Notes: a model not told the origin generated them from the sequence alone. 63,981 bases of DNA, filler included, from Octopus bimaculoides (GCF_001194135.2; 5 parts of 5 records of this genome joined end to end with filler, not necessarily neighbours in it), one strand, 5' to 3'; counted from the first letter of the whole stretch, positions 50,835-63,981 are shown. A program made the numbers and translations.

Positions 50835-53600
50835 AGGACATCTGATAAGTACTTCTAAAATCTGTTCATAGATTGTCATATGTGAAAGATGAATTTGTAA
50901 TTGAGACAATATGTGCCAATCTATAAAATAATGAATAGTAAAGCTAAAATATTAAGTAAATATATTCATGTAAGCGCATTTCAAAGTAATATAAGGAAAC
51001 ATAAATATTCTGATTGATATTAAAATCTTTATTTTCAATTATTAGTCACCATTTGGTATTGAAAGTTAAAATTATGGGAAACTTGCAAAACAAATATATA
51101 CGTTTAAGTTTCAGATGCTTAATAATTCCAGGTATTGATATATTTCAAACGTTCAAGACCGAACCATCAAAAATACTAAGTTAATAACGCATGCACATTA
51201 TCATTGCAACCATGTATCTATATTCATTAATGAAACCACACATGCAGAAAGAACAACCGGTATGTAAAAGGTCACCTGTAAAATGAATAGGAAAAAATGT
51301 TAAACATAAACATTGAAAGTAGTGTCATGTGAATTACAGAAGTATGTCGATGTGTATATATTTCTATTTATCAACATTTTTTGTGTTGCACAGTATTTCG
51401 CCGCGGATATTTTAGGTTTGTTGAAGGAATGAGCGACGAACATAAACTACTAAAATGGACCACCAGAAAGATGCCGATGGTGTCAATGACCAGTCTGCAC
51501 TGATTTAGATTTAAATGAAAACAGAAAGAGAATTATTGCGTAGGTAAAAGTTGAGTCTGTGCTACTCTTCTCATGAAATGATAGGGACTATATTGCTTAG
51601 GACTTTTGGCTACTGAATATATATGAAGGTTAACAAATTTACGATGAATGAAATCACATTCAGGAGACCTTTTTTTTTCTACCTTATACAGTACCAGATC
51701 TCTCTATGCAGGGTAAAAATATTTTAATAGGTAGTTCATCTCCTTTCTATATCGATAAATGTGTTAGCATTATTAATGTATTTTTATCGTAGTGATATTC
51801 AATTTCTCATATTCAAATTATTTTGGCAGAACTATCATAATAGTCTATCAATTACAAATGGATATATTAAAATAAATTATATTACTACAGTAATCCCTCA
51901 TAATATCGTGGTTCACCAATCAGAGTTTATTCTTTTAAGATAACGTCGATTCCTCCATGGTGTTGTTTTGCATTTATAATAAAATAAATATGTGCAGATT
52001 ACAAAAGAAAAAAATTAATATACAGTACTGTACTGTTTTTAACTATCTTCATGTTTTGGAACATAACCCTGCGATAGTCGAGGGATTGCTGTCCTCCAAT
52101 TATTGACAAAGCTGTTACACCGCGATGTCATTACTGATGAATATGTGAGAGATCTGCATTCGAGTGAGTGAGTATTGAAAAACACTATTGTAATTAAGAT
52201 TGTAATAAATTGTTTTACATGCGAATACTGGAGTAGATTGGAAATAGAATCAGAGAAAATACAATAATTACTTATGAATGTCTTAACATGAAATCACGTA
52301 CCTTGTCTGGACTTCCATTATACTGAAAGCAAAAAGTGTCATGAATGTGAGAGTGTCACAACAGGGAATTCAATTTATCTGCACAGATATATCTTAATTA
52401 CGATGATATGTTTTCCATCTTACAACGATCGTTATATAAAATATCATCATTATATATTTGAGTGATCAGTAATAACTGAAGCGAAGAACTAATCTTTGTC
52501 GTTACCTGTGTGTTTTAATAATAGTAGTTGATTAAATGCGATGGAATAAAAGTATCACAGATTGTTGGCATTATTTTACCGATTTGCTGACCATTATTTC
52601 GAAGCACAGGAATAATCTGAGTATTGCTAAAATGAAGTATTAAATTACTTTCCGATCGTCAGTTTATAGAAACTAAATTTCAGCGAAATACTATCGTTGA
52701 ATTATATTTAGTAAAACTAATAAAATACATTTTTTTGATTTAGACTCTGTCCTCCCAATAAAATGAAAATTATAAAAAGTTATCCTATAGCATTGTTGTT
52801 GTAATTACGTTACACACCACATAAATCTTCGACACACTCTAATAGCTACTGAATCATTTTGTAAATTCTGCAGTATAATATACTACAAAATGATTCAATG
52901 CAAAATGGAAATTTGAAATATTTTTGAATTCGTTATGACGATATATATTTGATTACGTACCATGTTTATGGAACATATGGCTTCTTTTCTCCTCGTGTTT
53001 ATAACTATACAGACGATATCGAAAGGTTGGCTGTCTATTTATGATGCTTTTATTCTCATTCATGTCTGTCGGTTGCAATCGTTCTCCGTATCAATCATAA
53101 TCTTATATTTTTGGTAACAACAGTATACATTCAGAAGCTATATGTCAGATATTACTGCTATATAAAATGCAATTATAATAGTATCATGTTAATGCGTGCG
53201 ACTGCTATATTCCCCAATTAAACACCAAGCTCCTTGCTTCCAATGTCATTTCACAGACAATTTTTAGATACGATAGAAACGTATTTTTCCGAAGGGAAGC
53301 ATTACTTCGAGGGAGGTCAAATTTAATTTACAGTAGTATTAAATACAATTACAATAATAGTTACAATTAACTTACGCGACACGAGTGAACCACTTTAAAT
53401 AGGTTGTAACAATCCGGTGCAATTTTATTTTCCAAACATATCAATAAGTTTTTGTAGTTCCTGGAAAAACCAAATATCTTTGGGAACATCATTTAAAACA
53501 CGAACATACAATTTCTACGTGTAAACTAAATGAACTATACAGAAACTAAATTCTATTGAATATATATGAATTATAAGACGTGAATATCTCTACTCATGCT
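50835..53600. repeat. diverged tandem segmental duplication, copy 1 (copy 2 about 59788-62320)
   Basis: Colinear blocks throughout, e.g. atctgataagtacttctaaaatct (50840/59794), ttgaaagtagtgtcatgtgaattacaga and cctggaaaaaccaaatat; roughly 70% identity by eye. Confidence 0.9.
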
Positions 53601-53714
53601 ATAGCACGCATAGATACACACACAAACTCTCGCTCTCTTTATCTCTCTCCCACTCAAACGCTCAAACGCACTCACACACAAATGTACACGCACCACATAC
53701 TTATTCGTATGTAA

Positions 53715-53750
<36 letters not shown>

Positions 53751-53856
53751 TCACACCTGCAGTTTTGCTTCTTTTCCACATAAAGTTTTAATTCACCATC
53801 GCAAATTTTCTCTGCTATATGTGTACAACTCTGCCAATTGGGCGCAGTCACTCTAT
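51201..53856 (-). CDS. predicted multi-exon Cys-rich, probably GPI-anchored protein, paralog 1 (exons 53856-53757, 53460-53376, 52322-52302, 51703-51683, 51275-51201; N-terminus not found)
   Basis: Canonical AG/GT at each exon, consistent phases 1-2-0-0-0. Translation xRVTAPNWQSCTHIAEKICDGELKLYVEKKQNCR-NYKNLLICLENKIAPDCYNLFKVVHSCR-YNGSPDK-RDLVLYK-VTFYIPVVLSACVVSLMNIDTWLQ*. Confidence 0.6.
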
Positions 53857-55338
53857 CTGGAATGTAAAAATAAAATCACTTTTTCTTTTTGTCTATGCCT
53901 CTGAACATTTCCATAACCGTAGTAAACTATTTCACAAATTAAATTCATGTATTTAACCATTATACACACAAAAAAACCGATATCGTGGAAACGGAAGTAG
54001 AAGCAGGTGAAGTGCTTGGTTCCATTTATTTTTGGTGATTTGTTTTGATTTTTTGAAAATAGAAGTTATATTTTTTATGCTCGTTCCAATATCTTGTACA
54101 AAATCGACAACGGTTTGATCCAGTCGGATATCCTTAGTATTATAGCTATACAGGCCGTTTTATCAATGACACGCTCTTAATGACATCTAAGCCATAACTC
54201 TGTTACAGTTATTTACAATTGCGCTTCAATAATCAACGGGAATTTTCTACATTGCTTTTACTGTTTCATAGTGTGACGCAAATGAACGGAACAATTGCAT
54301 AGTTAGAATTTATAGCCATAAATTTTGCATGTCAGGTGTCTCGTAAAGATTTGAAGTTTCGGTCTTTTTGAGGGGAATGGGAGAATATTTTTAATGCGGT
54401 TTGTACGATTTTGAGAATTTCATGCCACAATGGGTGTTGTTTTAAAAAGCATTCTCTGTATGGCATTTAGGTATGCAACTAAATGTATGCATTGTGAATA
54501 AGTTATGATAATCTGAAATCTTGATAAACCGAAATTAGTTAATCTTGATAAACCGATTTAAACAGCATCTAAATCTGGTTGCAGAAATCTCAATTAAATC
54601 AGCTGGTATAAATCAAAATGACAGAATATACGTCAATATCTGTTAAACCACAACTCAATCGGGAGCGCGTGCTTCCGTTGTTCTGCAAAAAAAATGTATA
54701 TGCCTGCACTTCCTAAGATTATAAGATTTGGATTTAAGCAGCGTGTTCCAATTATTGGATCAAAGAAATATACGGTGTTATTCTCCTCCGCAGATGCTGC
54801 GTTACTTAGATCCATTAACATATGGGTTAGATTTATCCACGATTCTCAGCTTGATTGTATCTGTTGTGTAGTTGGTCTTCAAACTTAATACGTGACTAAC
54901 CAACACAGTTGCATTACTTTTGTGGCTGTATCGGAAAATAGATAGGGAGTGTGCATAACGTCTTTTGAAACCGCATTACACGATGTACTTCGTCTATTCA
55001 ATTATATCTTGAATGGTTGCTGTTATTTCTGACTGCTGCATGAGGAGTTTTATAATACACACCTGGCAAAGTAGGGAAGCTTCAGAGTCTCGAAAGATAT
55101 TATAACAGAAATACAAGGCACACAAAAAAAAAATGACTGTATTATGTTTCCACTCAGGCACAGGTCAGACTAAAAATATTTTGATACGCTGTGAGCATAT
55201 GAAGAGATGGCGATATTTAAAATTTGTGAGAGAAAAAGAAAGTATCCATTACACTTTCACGGCATATGTACGTCTTCTTGTCTGTCTGTCGTTTTCATTA
55301 TTCTTATGAAGAACGAATGAGATAGATTATCTTATAGG

Positions 55339-55408
<70 letters not shown>

Positions 55409-57400
55409 TATATAAAGGGGAAAAAGATACAGAGAGATAAAAAGAAAGAGAGAAAATGATTAATGATATTTCGATAAATATGTAAGGTGATAAAAAGAAC
55501 GATAAGAATAAATTTTGATGTATTATGATAACTCTACAATTGAAATGCTACAAGGATATATGTCCAGGTTCATAGAATCATTGGTATTTTGATGTTACTA
55601 ACCAAGCTGGTGGAACGCTTAAGATATATACTTACTAACAAGAAGTAAAAAAATGAATAAGTAAAATTTCATCATGCCGTATTAATAAATATGATCAGTT
55701 AGAAGTCATCTGCAAATAGTTTCATCTTAAATAACTATGAATCATGTAATACATGTTTTGCCTTAAATATAATTATACGTTAACAGTAATTATATTTTTC
55801 GTCCAGCAGTAATATATTTGACATAGAATAATTTATATGTGATTTTTAAAAGAATGTTTGTACATATTCTATTTTTGTTGCGCCATACTGTTTATTAAAA
55901 AATAATTGCTGGGTCAACTCCATCACATTTCAGACATATCATGTACCACGTTTCACTAGCCAGATGTACTATTTGAGTTAGATTTTATAGGAAATGAGAA
56001 AGAGATCCTCAAAAGTTTGTGGTTGATTGTATTTCCCAAACCTAAATTTCCGAGATCTTTCGTCTTTTCATCGGAAACGGACATGAACAGTATTCCTCTA
56101 TTTGGTCGGCTTTAATAAAGATATATANNNNNNNNNNTATATATATGTTGTGTCTAGGGAGAGTCATATTGTCTTAATTTTACTAACACAGTCGCCGATG
56201 TGCAAATCGTACAGGTGAGCGTGTTAGTTAGTAAGGCATTAAGTCATTATGGCTCTCCCCAGAGACAATATAATTTTCTTTGACCCCTGGGAGCCACCAC
56301 AGTATCTGCCCGTTTAATGTATCCCTCCGCACTCATATTAATATATGTGCATATGTTTATATGTATAGATATATGTGTGTGCGTGTCAGTAGCTATGGTA
56401 TGTACATATCAAAATGTGTGCTCAATACATAATTGATGAATAAGATATATTAATATCTTAACAATTCTTCAAGGCGACCAAATACAGGAAATGTGTTCAT
56501 CTCCATTCCCGATGAAAAGACGAGATTCTTGTGGCATTCAGAAAAAATGTATTGAAAAGAAAAACATAAATTTCCTGTTTGCTACTCTTGCTTCACAACT
56601 TTTAAATGATTATCGCATGTGGGCCAGCCTTGTATATTTGTGATCATAAATATTGTGGAATAAATTATGAATATCAAGGAGAGGTACAAACGGCGTAGTA
56701 GGAAAGGAAATGGAGCATATATGTATTGCGTTCGCGTAAGCGCACCAATTTGTACATTCAGCTATACTCTTTTACTCTTTTACTTGTTTCAGTCTTTTGA
56801 CTGTGGCCATGCTGGAGCACCGCCTTTAGTCGAACAAATCGACCACAGGACTTATTCTTTGTAAGCCTAGTACTTACTCTATCGGTCTCTTTGCCGAACC
56901 GCTAAGTGACGGGGACGTAAACACACCAGCATCGGTTGCCAATCAATGTTGGGGGGACAAACACAGACACACACACACACACATATATACATACATATAT
57001 ACAACGGGCTTCTTTCAGTTTNNNNNNNNNNNNNNNNNNNNNNNNNNNNNNNNNNNNNNNNNNNNNNNNNNNNNNNNNNNNNNNNNNNNNNNNNNNNNNN
57101 NNNNNNNNNNNNNNNNNNNNNNNNNNNNNNNNNNNNNNNNNNNNNNNNNNNNNNNNNNNNNNNNNNNNNNNNNNNNNNNNNNNNNNNNNNNNNNNNNNNN
57201 NNNNNNNNNNNNNNNNNNNNNNNNNNNNNNNNNNNNNNNNNNNNNNNNNNNNNNNNNNNNNNNNNNNNNNNNNNNNNNNNNNNNNNNNNNNNNNNNNNNN
57301 NNNNNNNNNNNNNNNNNNNNNNNNNNNNNNNNNNNNNNNNNNNNNNNNNNNNNNNNNNNNNNNNNNNNNNNNNNNNNNNNNNNNNNNNNNNNNNATATAT

Positions 57401-57570
57401 ATATGGGAGAATATACGAAAAAACAACAACAGGCGAGAACAGGTGGTGTAAATAACAAAAGGATGTATTAGTATGACGCTCGGGAATACGGAAAGTCTTT
57501 GACGTTTCGAGCTACGCTCTTCAACAGAAAGAATACGGAGACAAGGAGAAAAACACGGAGAAAAAAAATT
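57401..57570 (-). mobile_element. second copy of hammerhead-bearing repeat (motif 57496-57532)
   Basis: Motif identical to 37875-37911. Confidence 0.65.
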
Positions 57571-57899
57571 GAATAGTGTTCAGTCAACGGTCAATCATAA
57601 TAATGGCTGACCATAACAATGGCTGACCGGAAGTTAAAAATTCTTTTTGCAGGAGAGCTAATGAAAGGGGGAGATAACAAACGGTGATCGAAGAACGAGG
57701 GGCTGTGTGTGGGAGATAGAATGCTGGTGATCTTGACGTATGTAGTGTGAAAATGGGGAAGGGAGAAAGGAGTTGGTCAGTTGTAGTGTGTGCGTGGTGT
57801 NNNNNNNNNNTGATCTTGACGTATGTAGTGTGAAAATGGGGAAGGGAGAAAGGAGTTGGTCAGTTGTAGTGTGTGCGTGGTGTGATGCGAGGGTATTGG

Positions 57900-58626
57900 T
57901 GTGGTGTGATGTGAGGGTGTTGGGAGGTGGGGAAGGCATGGGTGGCGTAGAGGTAGGGGTATGTAGGTAGGGTGGGGTATGTGGGTAGGTGTGGGTGGTG
58001 GATGTAAGTAATTGGATGGGGTGGAGTGGGAAGGTAGCGTAGGAGTGTGTTGGGGTGTGGTGGGATGAGCTTATGAGGGGTGTTGACGATGAAGGCGGAC
58101 GGGGAAGGCGGATGTAAGAGAGGGGGAAGATGGGTATGGGAGGGGAGAGAAAGAGAGGAAGAGAGGAGAGAGGGTGGGTATAAGAGAGGGAAGGTGGATT
58201 GAGAGAGGGGGATTGTGGGTATGGGGAGAGAAAGAGGGGGAAGGTGGGTATGGGGGGAGAAAAGAGGAAGAGAAAGAGAGTGAGAGAGAAGAGATTGAGA
58301 GAGAGGGAAGAGGGGTATGGGCGGAGAAAGAGAGGAAGAGAAAGAGAGTGAGAGAGAAGAGAGTGAGAGCGAGGGATGGAGAGAAGAGAGTGAGAGAGTA
58401 AGGGTGAGAGAGTAAGAGAGTAAGAGTGTAGAGAGTAAGAGTGAGAGAGAGTGAGAGAGAGGGAAAGAAAGAAGAGAGTGAGAGAGTAAGGGTGAGAGAG
58501 TAAGAGTGTAGAGAGTAAGAGTGAGAGAGGGGGAGTATGAGAGAAGAGAGTGAGAGAGAGTAAGAGAGAGGAGAGAAAGATTAGGGGTGAAGAGAAGTGG
58601 GAGTGAAGAGAAGTAGGAAGAGAAGT
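57900..58626. repeat. G/GT-rich then GA-rich low-complexity tract
   Basis: Strong purine bias with internal GAGAGTAA repeats. Confidence 0.9.
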
Positions 58627-60168
58627 ANNNNNNNNNNNNNNNNNNNNNNNNNNNNNNNNNNNNNNNNNNNNNNNNNNNNNNNNNNNNNNNNNNNNNNNNN
58701 NNNNNNNNNNNNNNNNNNNNNNNNNNNNNNNNNNNNNNNNNNNNNNNNNNNNNNNNNNNNNNNNNNNNNNNNNNNNNNNNNNNNNNNNNNNNNNNNNNNN
58801 NNNNNNNNNNNNNNNNNNNNNNNNNNNNNNNNNNNNNNNNNNNNNNNNNNNNNNNNNNNNNNNNNNNNNNNNNNNNNNNNNNNNNNNNNNNNNNNNNNNN
58901 NNNNNNNNNNNNNNNNNNNNNNNNNNNNNNNNNNNNNNNNNNNNNNNNNNNNNNNNNNNNNNNNNNNNNNNNNNNNNNNNNNNNNNNNNNNNNNNNNNNG
59001 AGAGACGGGTGGTAGGAGGGAGGGTGGGGGAGAGAGACAGGAGGAGGGGGTTAGATGAAGAGGGGAGGGGAGTTGAGCCCATGTGACGCAATATATGCAA
59101 GTTCTCGTCAATAAGTATCCACACTGTTGCCATAGTAATAAAGCAAAATCAGGCACAATAAACCCACTTGAAAAAGATTGAGTATGAACTCTTCTTTGCA
59201 CGAGGACTACGTATAGTGCATGATTGTTGCACTGACCATGACAGCGAATATTGTCTTGGACATACCTGTTCACAGGTCCACACAACGTTGCAGAAAAAGT
59301 AAGGAGAGAAGTGTCTGAGTCGCACAAAATTGTATAAGTGGTTCAGATGTTTCCATGTTGGCCGAAATATGCCGATATTGACGACGTTCTGGGAGACTCG
59401 CAACCTGAAAACTGAGAAAAACATCGCACAGATGCGTACAACTATGAAGGGAAATGTTTGAATAACCACCAGTGAATTATCAGAGGATGTGCAATTTCGT
59501 TACGGTTCAGTTCAGTGCATTATCGCGGTTGTCACGGTTGATGTCCTCTGTATTGCTGGTGTAAAATTTTCTGGTCAACGTGTACTCTATATTACGATGC
59601 AAACATTCTTGTTGGCATTAAATAAAATTGAAGTAAAACGGCAGTCGTAGAACTTAAATGCTACTTATGTTTATATTTTATAAGTACGCCGCATCATTGA
59701 TTCACTTATTAACCGAATCTATAGTTGAATTGTATTTTGTATGTTCGTATCTAAGTGTTCAATGCTGTTAATTTATAATATAATGTACAGGATATCTGAT
59801 AAGTACTTCTAAAATCTATTTCGACATTGTTAGTTATTAAGCATGAATATGTAATTGAGATGAAATTGTGCATATCTACAAAATTAGGAATAAACTGGTT
59901 AAAAAGTCAAACAAAAGTATTAATCTAAGCACATTTTAAAATAACATAACAAATCATAAATATTCAGATTGATATTAAAATCTTTATTTTCATTTGTAAT
60001 CACTATTTCATATCGAATATGAAATTTATGGGAAATATTCAAATCAAATATATATGTTTACATTTCAGATGTTTAATTATTCCTAGTACTGATACATTTC
60101 AAATGTTCAAGACCGAATCATTGAAAAGATTTATTTAACACATTTAAATTATCATTGCATTCATGCAT

Positions 60169-62191
60169 CTATGTAAATAATGAAGCCAGAAGTGCAGAAA
60201 GTATTGCTGGTGAGAGAATAGCCACCTGCAAAATGAATAGGAATATATATTAGACATAAATATTGAAAGTAGTGTCATGTGAATTACAGATGTGTGTCAA
60301 TGTGAATTACAGATGTGTGTCAATGTGAATATATTTCTATTTATTAAAAGTTTTTCTTTTTCTTACAGAACATAAGAATGCGGATTATTTTGGTTTATTG
60401 AAAACAGGCAGTGAACTGAAACAAATATGCAAGACGACCACTAAGATACTGATGCCGTCCACGACGAGTTTTCACTGCTTTACATTTAGAGGAAAACAAA
60501 GAGAGAATTATAATGTAGGTGAAGGTGCAATCTTAGCTATTCGGCTCACGAAGAGATAGGAACTATGTTGCGTAACAGTTTTGGCTGCGTACCGCTATTA
60601 CGGGACTTTCCAAAAGTTTTCATAAATGCAATCTCTTTAAGGAGAGCCGTTTGTGCTAACCTTATATAGCACCACCAGTTTCTTTGCAGGGTAAAATTAT
60701 TTTAATAAGTATTGTACTCTTTCTGTATCTTGATAAACGCATTAGAATAGTTGAAACATGTATGTCACAGAGATACTGAATTCTTCATCATATTCTAATT
60801 ATTTTTGCAGAGCTATCATAATATCCCATCAATTACATATGGATATATTACAATTTATACTCTCATTATTGTCAAAGTTTTTAGGCCGTGGTATCATTAC
60901 TGAAGAATATGTAATGAATCTGTAGTACAGTGTGTATTTTTATACATGTTATTGTAATTATGGTTGTAATAAGTTTTATTATATGTAAATACTGAAGCAG
61001 ATTGGATGTGGAATCAACGATAATACAATAATTGCTATACAGCTCATAGCATAAAATTGCTTACCTCATGTCGACTGCCAGCGGTCTAAAAAACAAAACA
61101 AAAAAAAACGAAGAACAATAATTATATCAGGAAAGTGCCAAAACAGCGAATTTATTTTATCTTCACAAATATATGTTAGGTAATATGGATTCCATCTCAC
61201 AAAGATCGTTATATTTTTGGTGGTCAGTGATAACTGAACAGAACTAATCTTTAAAGTTACCTGTGTGCATTAGTAATTGTAGTTGATTAAATGTGATGTA
61301 ATCAAAGTATCACAAGCTGGGAAATTTATTTTACCGATGTGCTGACCAGAATATCGAAATACACTGATAATCCGAATATTGCCAAAACGAAGTATATTAT
61401 ATTATATTCTTTCATATTTTCAACCGTGAATAACTATTATTTTATTTTTCATCCGATAATGAAACTAAACTTCAGCCAATGACTGTCGTCAAATTATATT
61501 AAGTAAAACCTATCATAAATATTTGTTTATCCAGGCGCGTCCTCCCAGTAAAATGAGAATTATGTGAAGTTACTTTACTCCATTGTGGTTGTTCTTAAGT
61601 TATAGACCGCATGAACATAGGACGCAAAATGTACTCCGAAAGAATTCAATGAAAAATGGGCATTGAAAATATTTTTGGATTGTTATGACTATATATATTT
61701 GACGGCGTAGCATGTTCATCGAAAATCTGCTTGCCTTGCTCCTAGTGTTTATCTTCTATGTAGAATGTGTCAAAATGTATGTTTATTTAAGATATCTATA
61801 TTTACAAACAACTTTGTCGGTTATAATTGTTCTCTATATCAATGTTAACCTCATAGTTTGCCATAACAGGAGTATACATGGTCAGACCATATAGTAGATA
61901 TTAGTACTATATCATAACAAATTTAAAGAATGTGACTGTTATATTCCCCAAGTAAACGCTGTGTTTGCCATGTGCAATGATATTCCACACTCACTTTTAG
62001 ATACAAAATAACAGTGCTTTCGGAGGAAAGCTATTCTCTGATAGAGATCAAATTTAATTTAATACAGTGACAAAGACAAATGCAATAGGAATTACAAATA
62101 GCTTACGAGGCACGAGTGTTTCTCTTTAAATATTTCGTAACAATCCGGGTCGATTCTAGGTGTCAGACATAAGAATAACTGTTTGTAGTAC
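60169..62191 (-). CDS. predicted paralog 2 (exons 62191-62107, 61085-61065, 60681-60661, 60225-60169; upstream exons not found, possibly in gap)
   Basis: Same exon sizes (85, 21, 21) and splice positions. Translation YYKQLFLCLTPRIDPDCYEIFKEKHSCL-TAGSRHE-KLVVLYK-VAILSPAILSALLASLFT*. Confidence 0.6.
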
Positions 62192-62542
62192 CTGGAAAAA
62201 CCAAATATATTTAAAAATGAACTTTCAAATTTTACGTAGAAACTAATCGATTTGTGTAAATTCAATTCGATGTATCCAAAATTCACAAATCTTAATACGA
62301 GTATATTTCTACTCATCTTCCTTTACTATTCTCCCCGCCACACACACATACATACACACACATGCTCTCACAAACACAAACATACAAACACAAACACGCA
62401 CGCACACATACAGAGACATGCATATATATATATATATATATANNNNNNNNNNNNNNNNNNNNNNNNNNNNNNNNNNNNNNNNNNNNTTAATTAATTAANN
62501 NNNNNNNNNNNNNNNNNNNNNNNNNNNNNNNNNNNNNNNNNN

Positions 62543-62651
<109 letters not shown>

Positions 62652-63849
62652 GTTATTATTATTTAACATGTTTTTTTTTTCTTGTTCCTAATATTAATGG
62701 AAATTGAATTGTTAAAATTGTTCTATGAGAGACATCTGAAACATCTTACATATCTCGCGTATAGATCATTGTATACATTGCTCACTTATTTAGTAATATC
62801 TGATTATATAATTTGCTCATATATTTAGTAACATCTCACATCATATGCATTACATATATTATTTAGTAAACGCTTATTATATACATCAAATATATTGCGT
62901 ATATATTTAATAACCGCTCATTTATTTGTTCCTCATTTATCGAGAAAAAGCTCATATGATAATACCTCGTTTACTTAACGATATATCATGATAGTTTCAA
63001 TATGAATCGTAAATATATTACAATATAATGTTTTTCAAAAATAAACATTATTCAGATATGTCCAAATGGAGTTATGCATTTGGTAGATTGTAGCTGAAAT
63101 AATTGTATAGTGCGTCACATTATCGTTTCATTTTAAGTTATCCTGTAAGACTAATCTTTATAATGAGCTATTATGCTTTTAATATAATTAATGCTGACAG
63201 AAGCAGTGTTGATACTAAACAGTAATATTTATCTCTTAAAGCGGATACAGCGTTCGAACACAAAACATGGTTATTTACCATAAGAGAACCACTCATAGCG
63301 TCTTTAGGTGTATAAAAGCCAGCGTGTTTATATTGTGTGCAGGTAATAACATCCCCTAAGCCGCAGCTACTGCAAGGTCACGTGATTTCCGCCTTATTAT
63401 TGCTAGATATAGCAGCTGATTTCCTCGTCAATGGTATATTTAGAATCACAGTGTCTCTTCAGGCATTGGGGCCGTAAAAAAACAGTAAAATAAATGCTTT
63501 TAGTATATTTTTTTTGTTATTTATTCAGATATGTCATATATTGGAAGACTAACAGATTTTCATGGCCTGCATATATCGACTGGTTTGATTTTACGCATTC
63601 TGCAAGAGATCAGTCTTGGCTTCTACTTACATATACACATGCTTTACAGTTTTAACTATTGATTTCGTGAGGTTCATATTTTGTAGCGATTTTTTAGAAG
63701 CGTCTCATTTTCTTTAGTTTTTCAGATTATATATTTATATGTATGTATATATGTATGTGTGTATGTATATACGTATGTATGTATGTATGTATGTATGTAT
63801 CTATGGATGGATGGATGGATGGATGGTTGGATGGATGTATGTATGTTTG

Positions 63850-63960
63850 TAGACCCTGACACTTCGTCGGTTACGATGACCAGGGTTCCAGTCGATCCAT
63901 GAAAACGTGCTCGTGAAATTAACGTGTAGTGGCCGTGCACTCCAAAGGACATTCAGCGTA
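63850..63960 (-). mobile_element. degenerate family C SINE 3' part
   Basis: agggttccagtcgatcc...tgctcgtgaaattaacgtg resembles 28498-28550. Confidence 0.6.
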
Positions 63961-63981
63961 TATATATATATATATATATAT

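Noticed and set aside
57728-57883. Perfect 73-bp tandem duplication
   Set aside because: The copies sit either side of a 10-N gap; most likely an unmerged contig overlap.
57658-59133. 491-aa Ser/Leu/Pro-rich ORF
   Set aside because: Low-complexity purine tract plus N gap.
60369-60518. Plus-strand 150-nt phase 1-1 open exon candidate (homolog 51394-51543)
   Set aside because: The homolog has two stops and shifted register, there is no third-position bias, and the better-supported gene is on the minus strand.
61335-61381. 47-nt minus-strand exon candidate QYSDY.C.S..WSA (homolog 52580-52626)
   Set aside because: Copy 1 has an in-frame stop, copy 2 has GG instead of AG, and its phase-2 end does not fit the best chain. 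It could be a decayed exon but is not supported.
61712-61894. Signal-peptide-like plus-strand ORF (homolog from 52962)
   Set aside because: T-rich sequence yields hydrophobic residues by chance; donors are not conserved between copies.

Overview
Eukaryotic, AT-rich, repeat-dense and gapped scaffold window. The SINE families, microsatellite load and N-flanked TTAATTAATTAA linkers suggest an octopus draft assembly (inference, not verified). Nearly all ORFs in the supplied track are artefacts of microsatellites or N runs. Supported content: at least four tRNA-like SINE families, including nested copies and a head-to-tail array joined by (TAA)n; two R4/Dong-type retrotransposon 3' fragments beside (TAA)n; Gypsy integrase and mariner remnants; a C2H2 zinc-finger ORF that looks like a LINE 3' end; a 5S rRNA pseudogene; two copies of a short element with a minimal Penelope-type hammerhead motif; a 2.1-kb ACGT/ACGA satellite; and one strong plus-strand start exon (27441-27561) inside a CpG-depleted domain. 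The best candidate for something new is a diverged tandem duplication (about 50.8-53.9 kb and 59.8-62.3 kb). On the minus strand both copies keep splice sites around an 85-nt Cys-containing exon, two 21-nt micro-exons and a hydrophobic terminal exon, predicting paralogous small Cys-rich, probably GPI-anchored proteins that the ORF track does not assemble. All alignments and translations were done by hand; no database searches were run.
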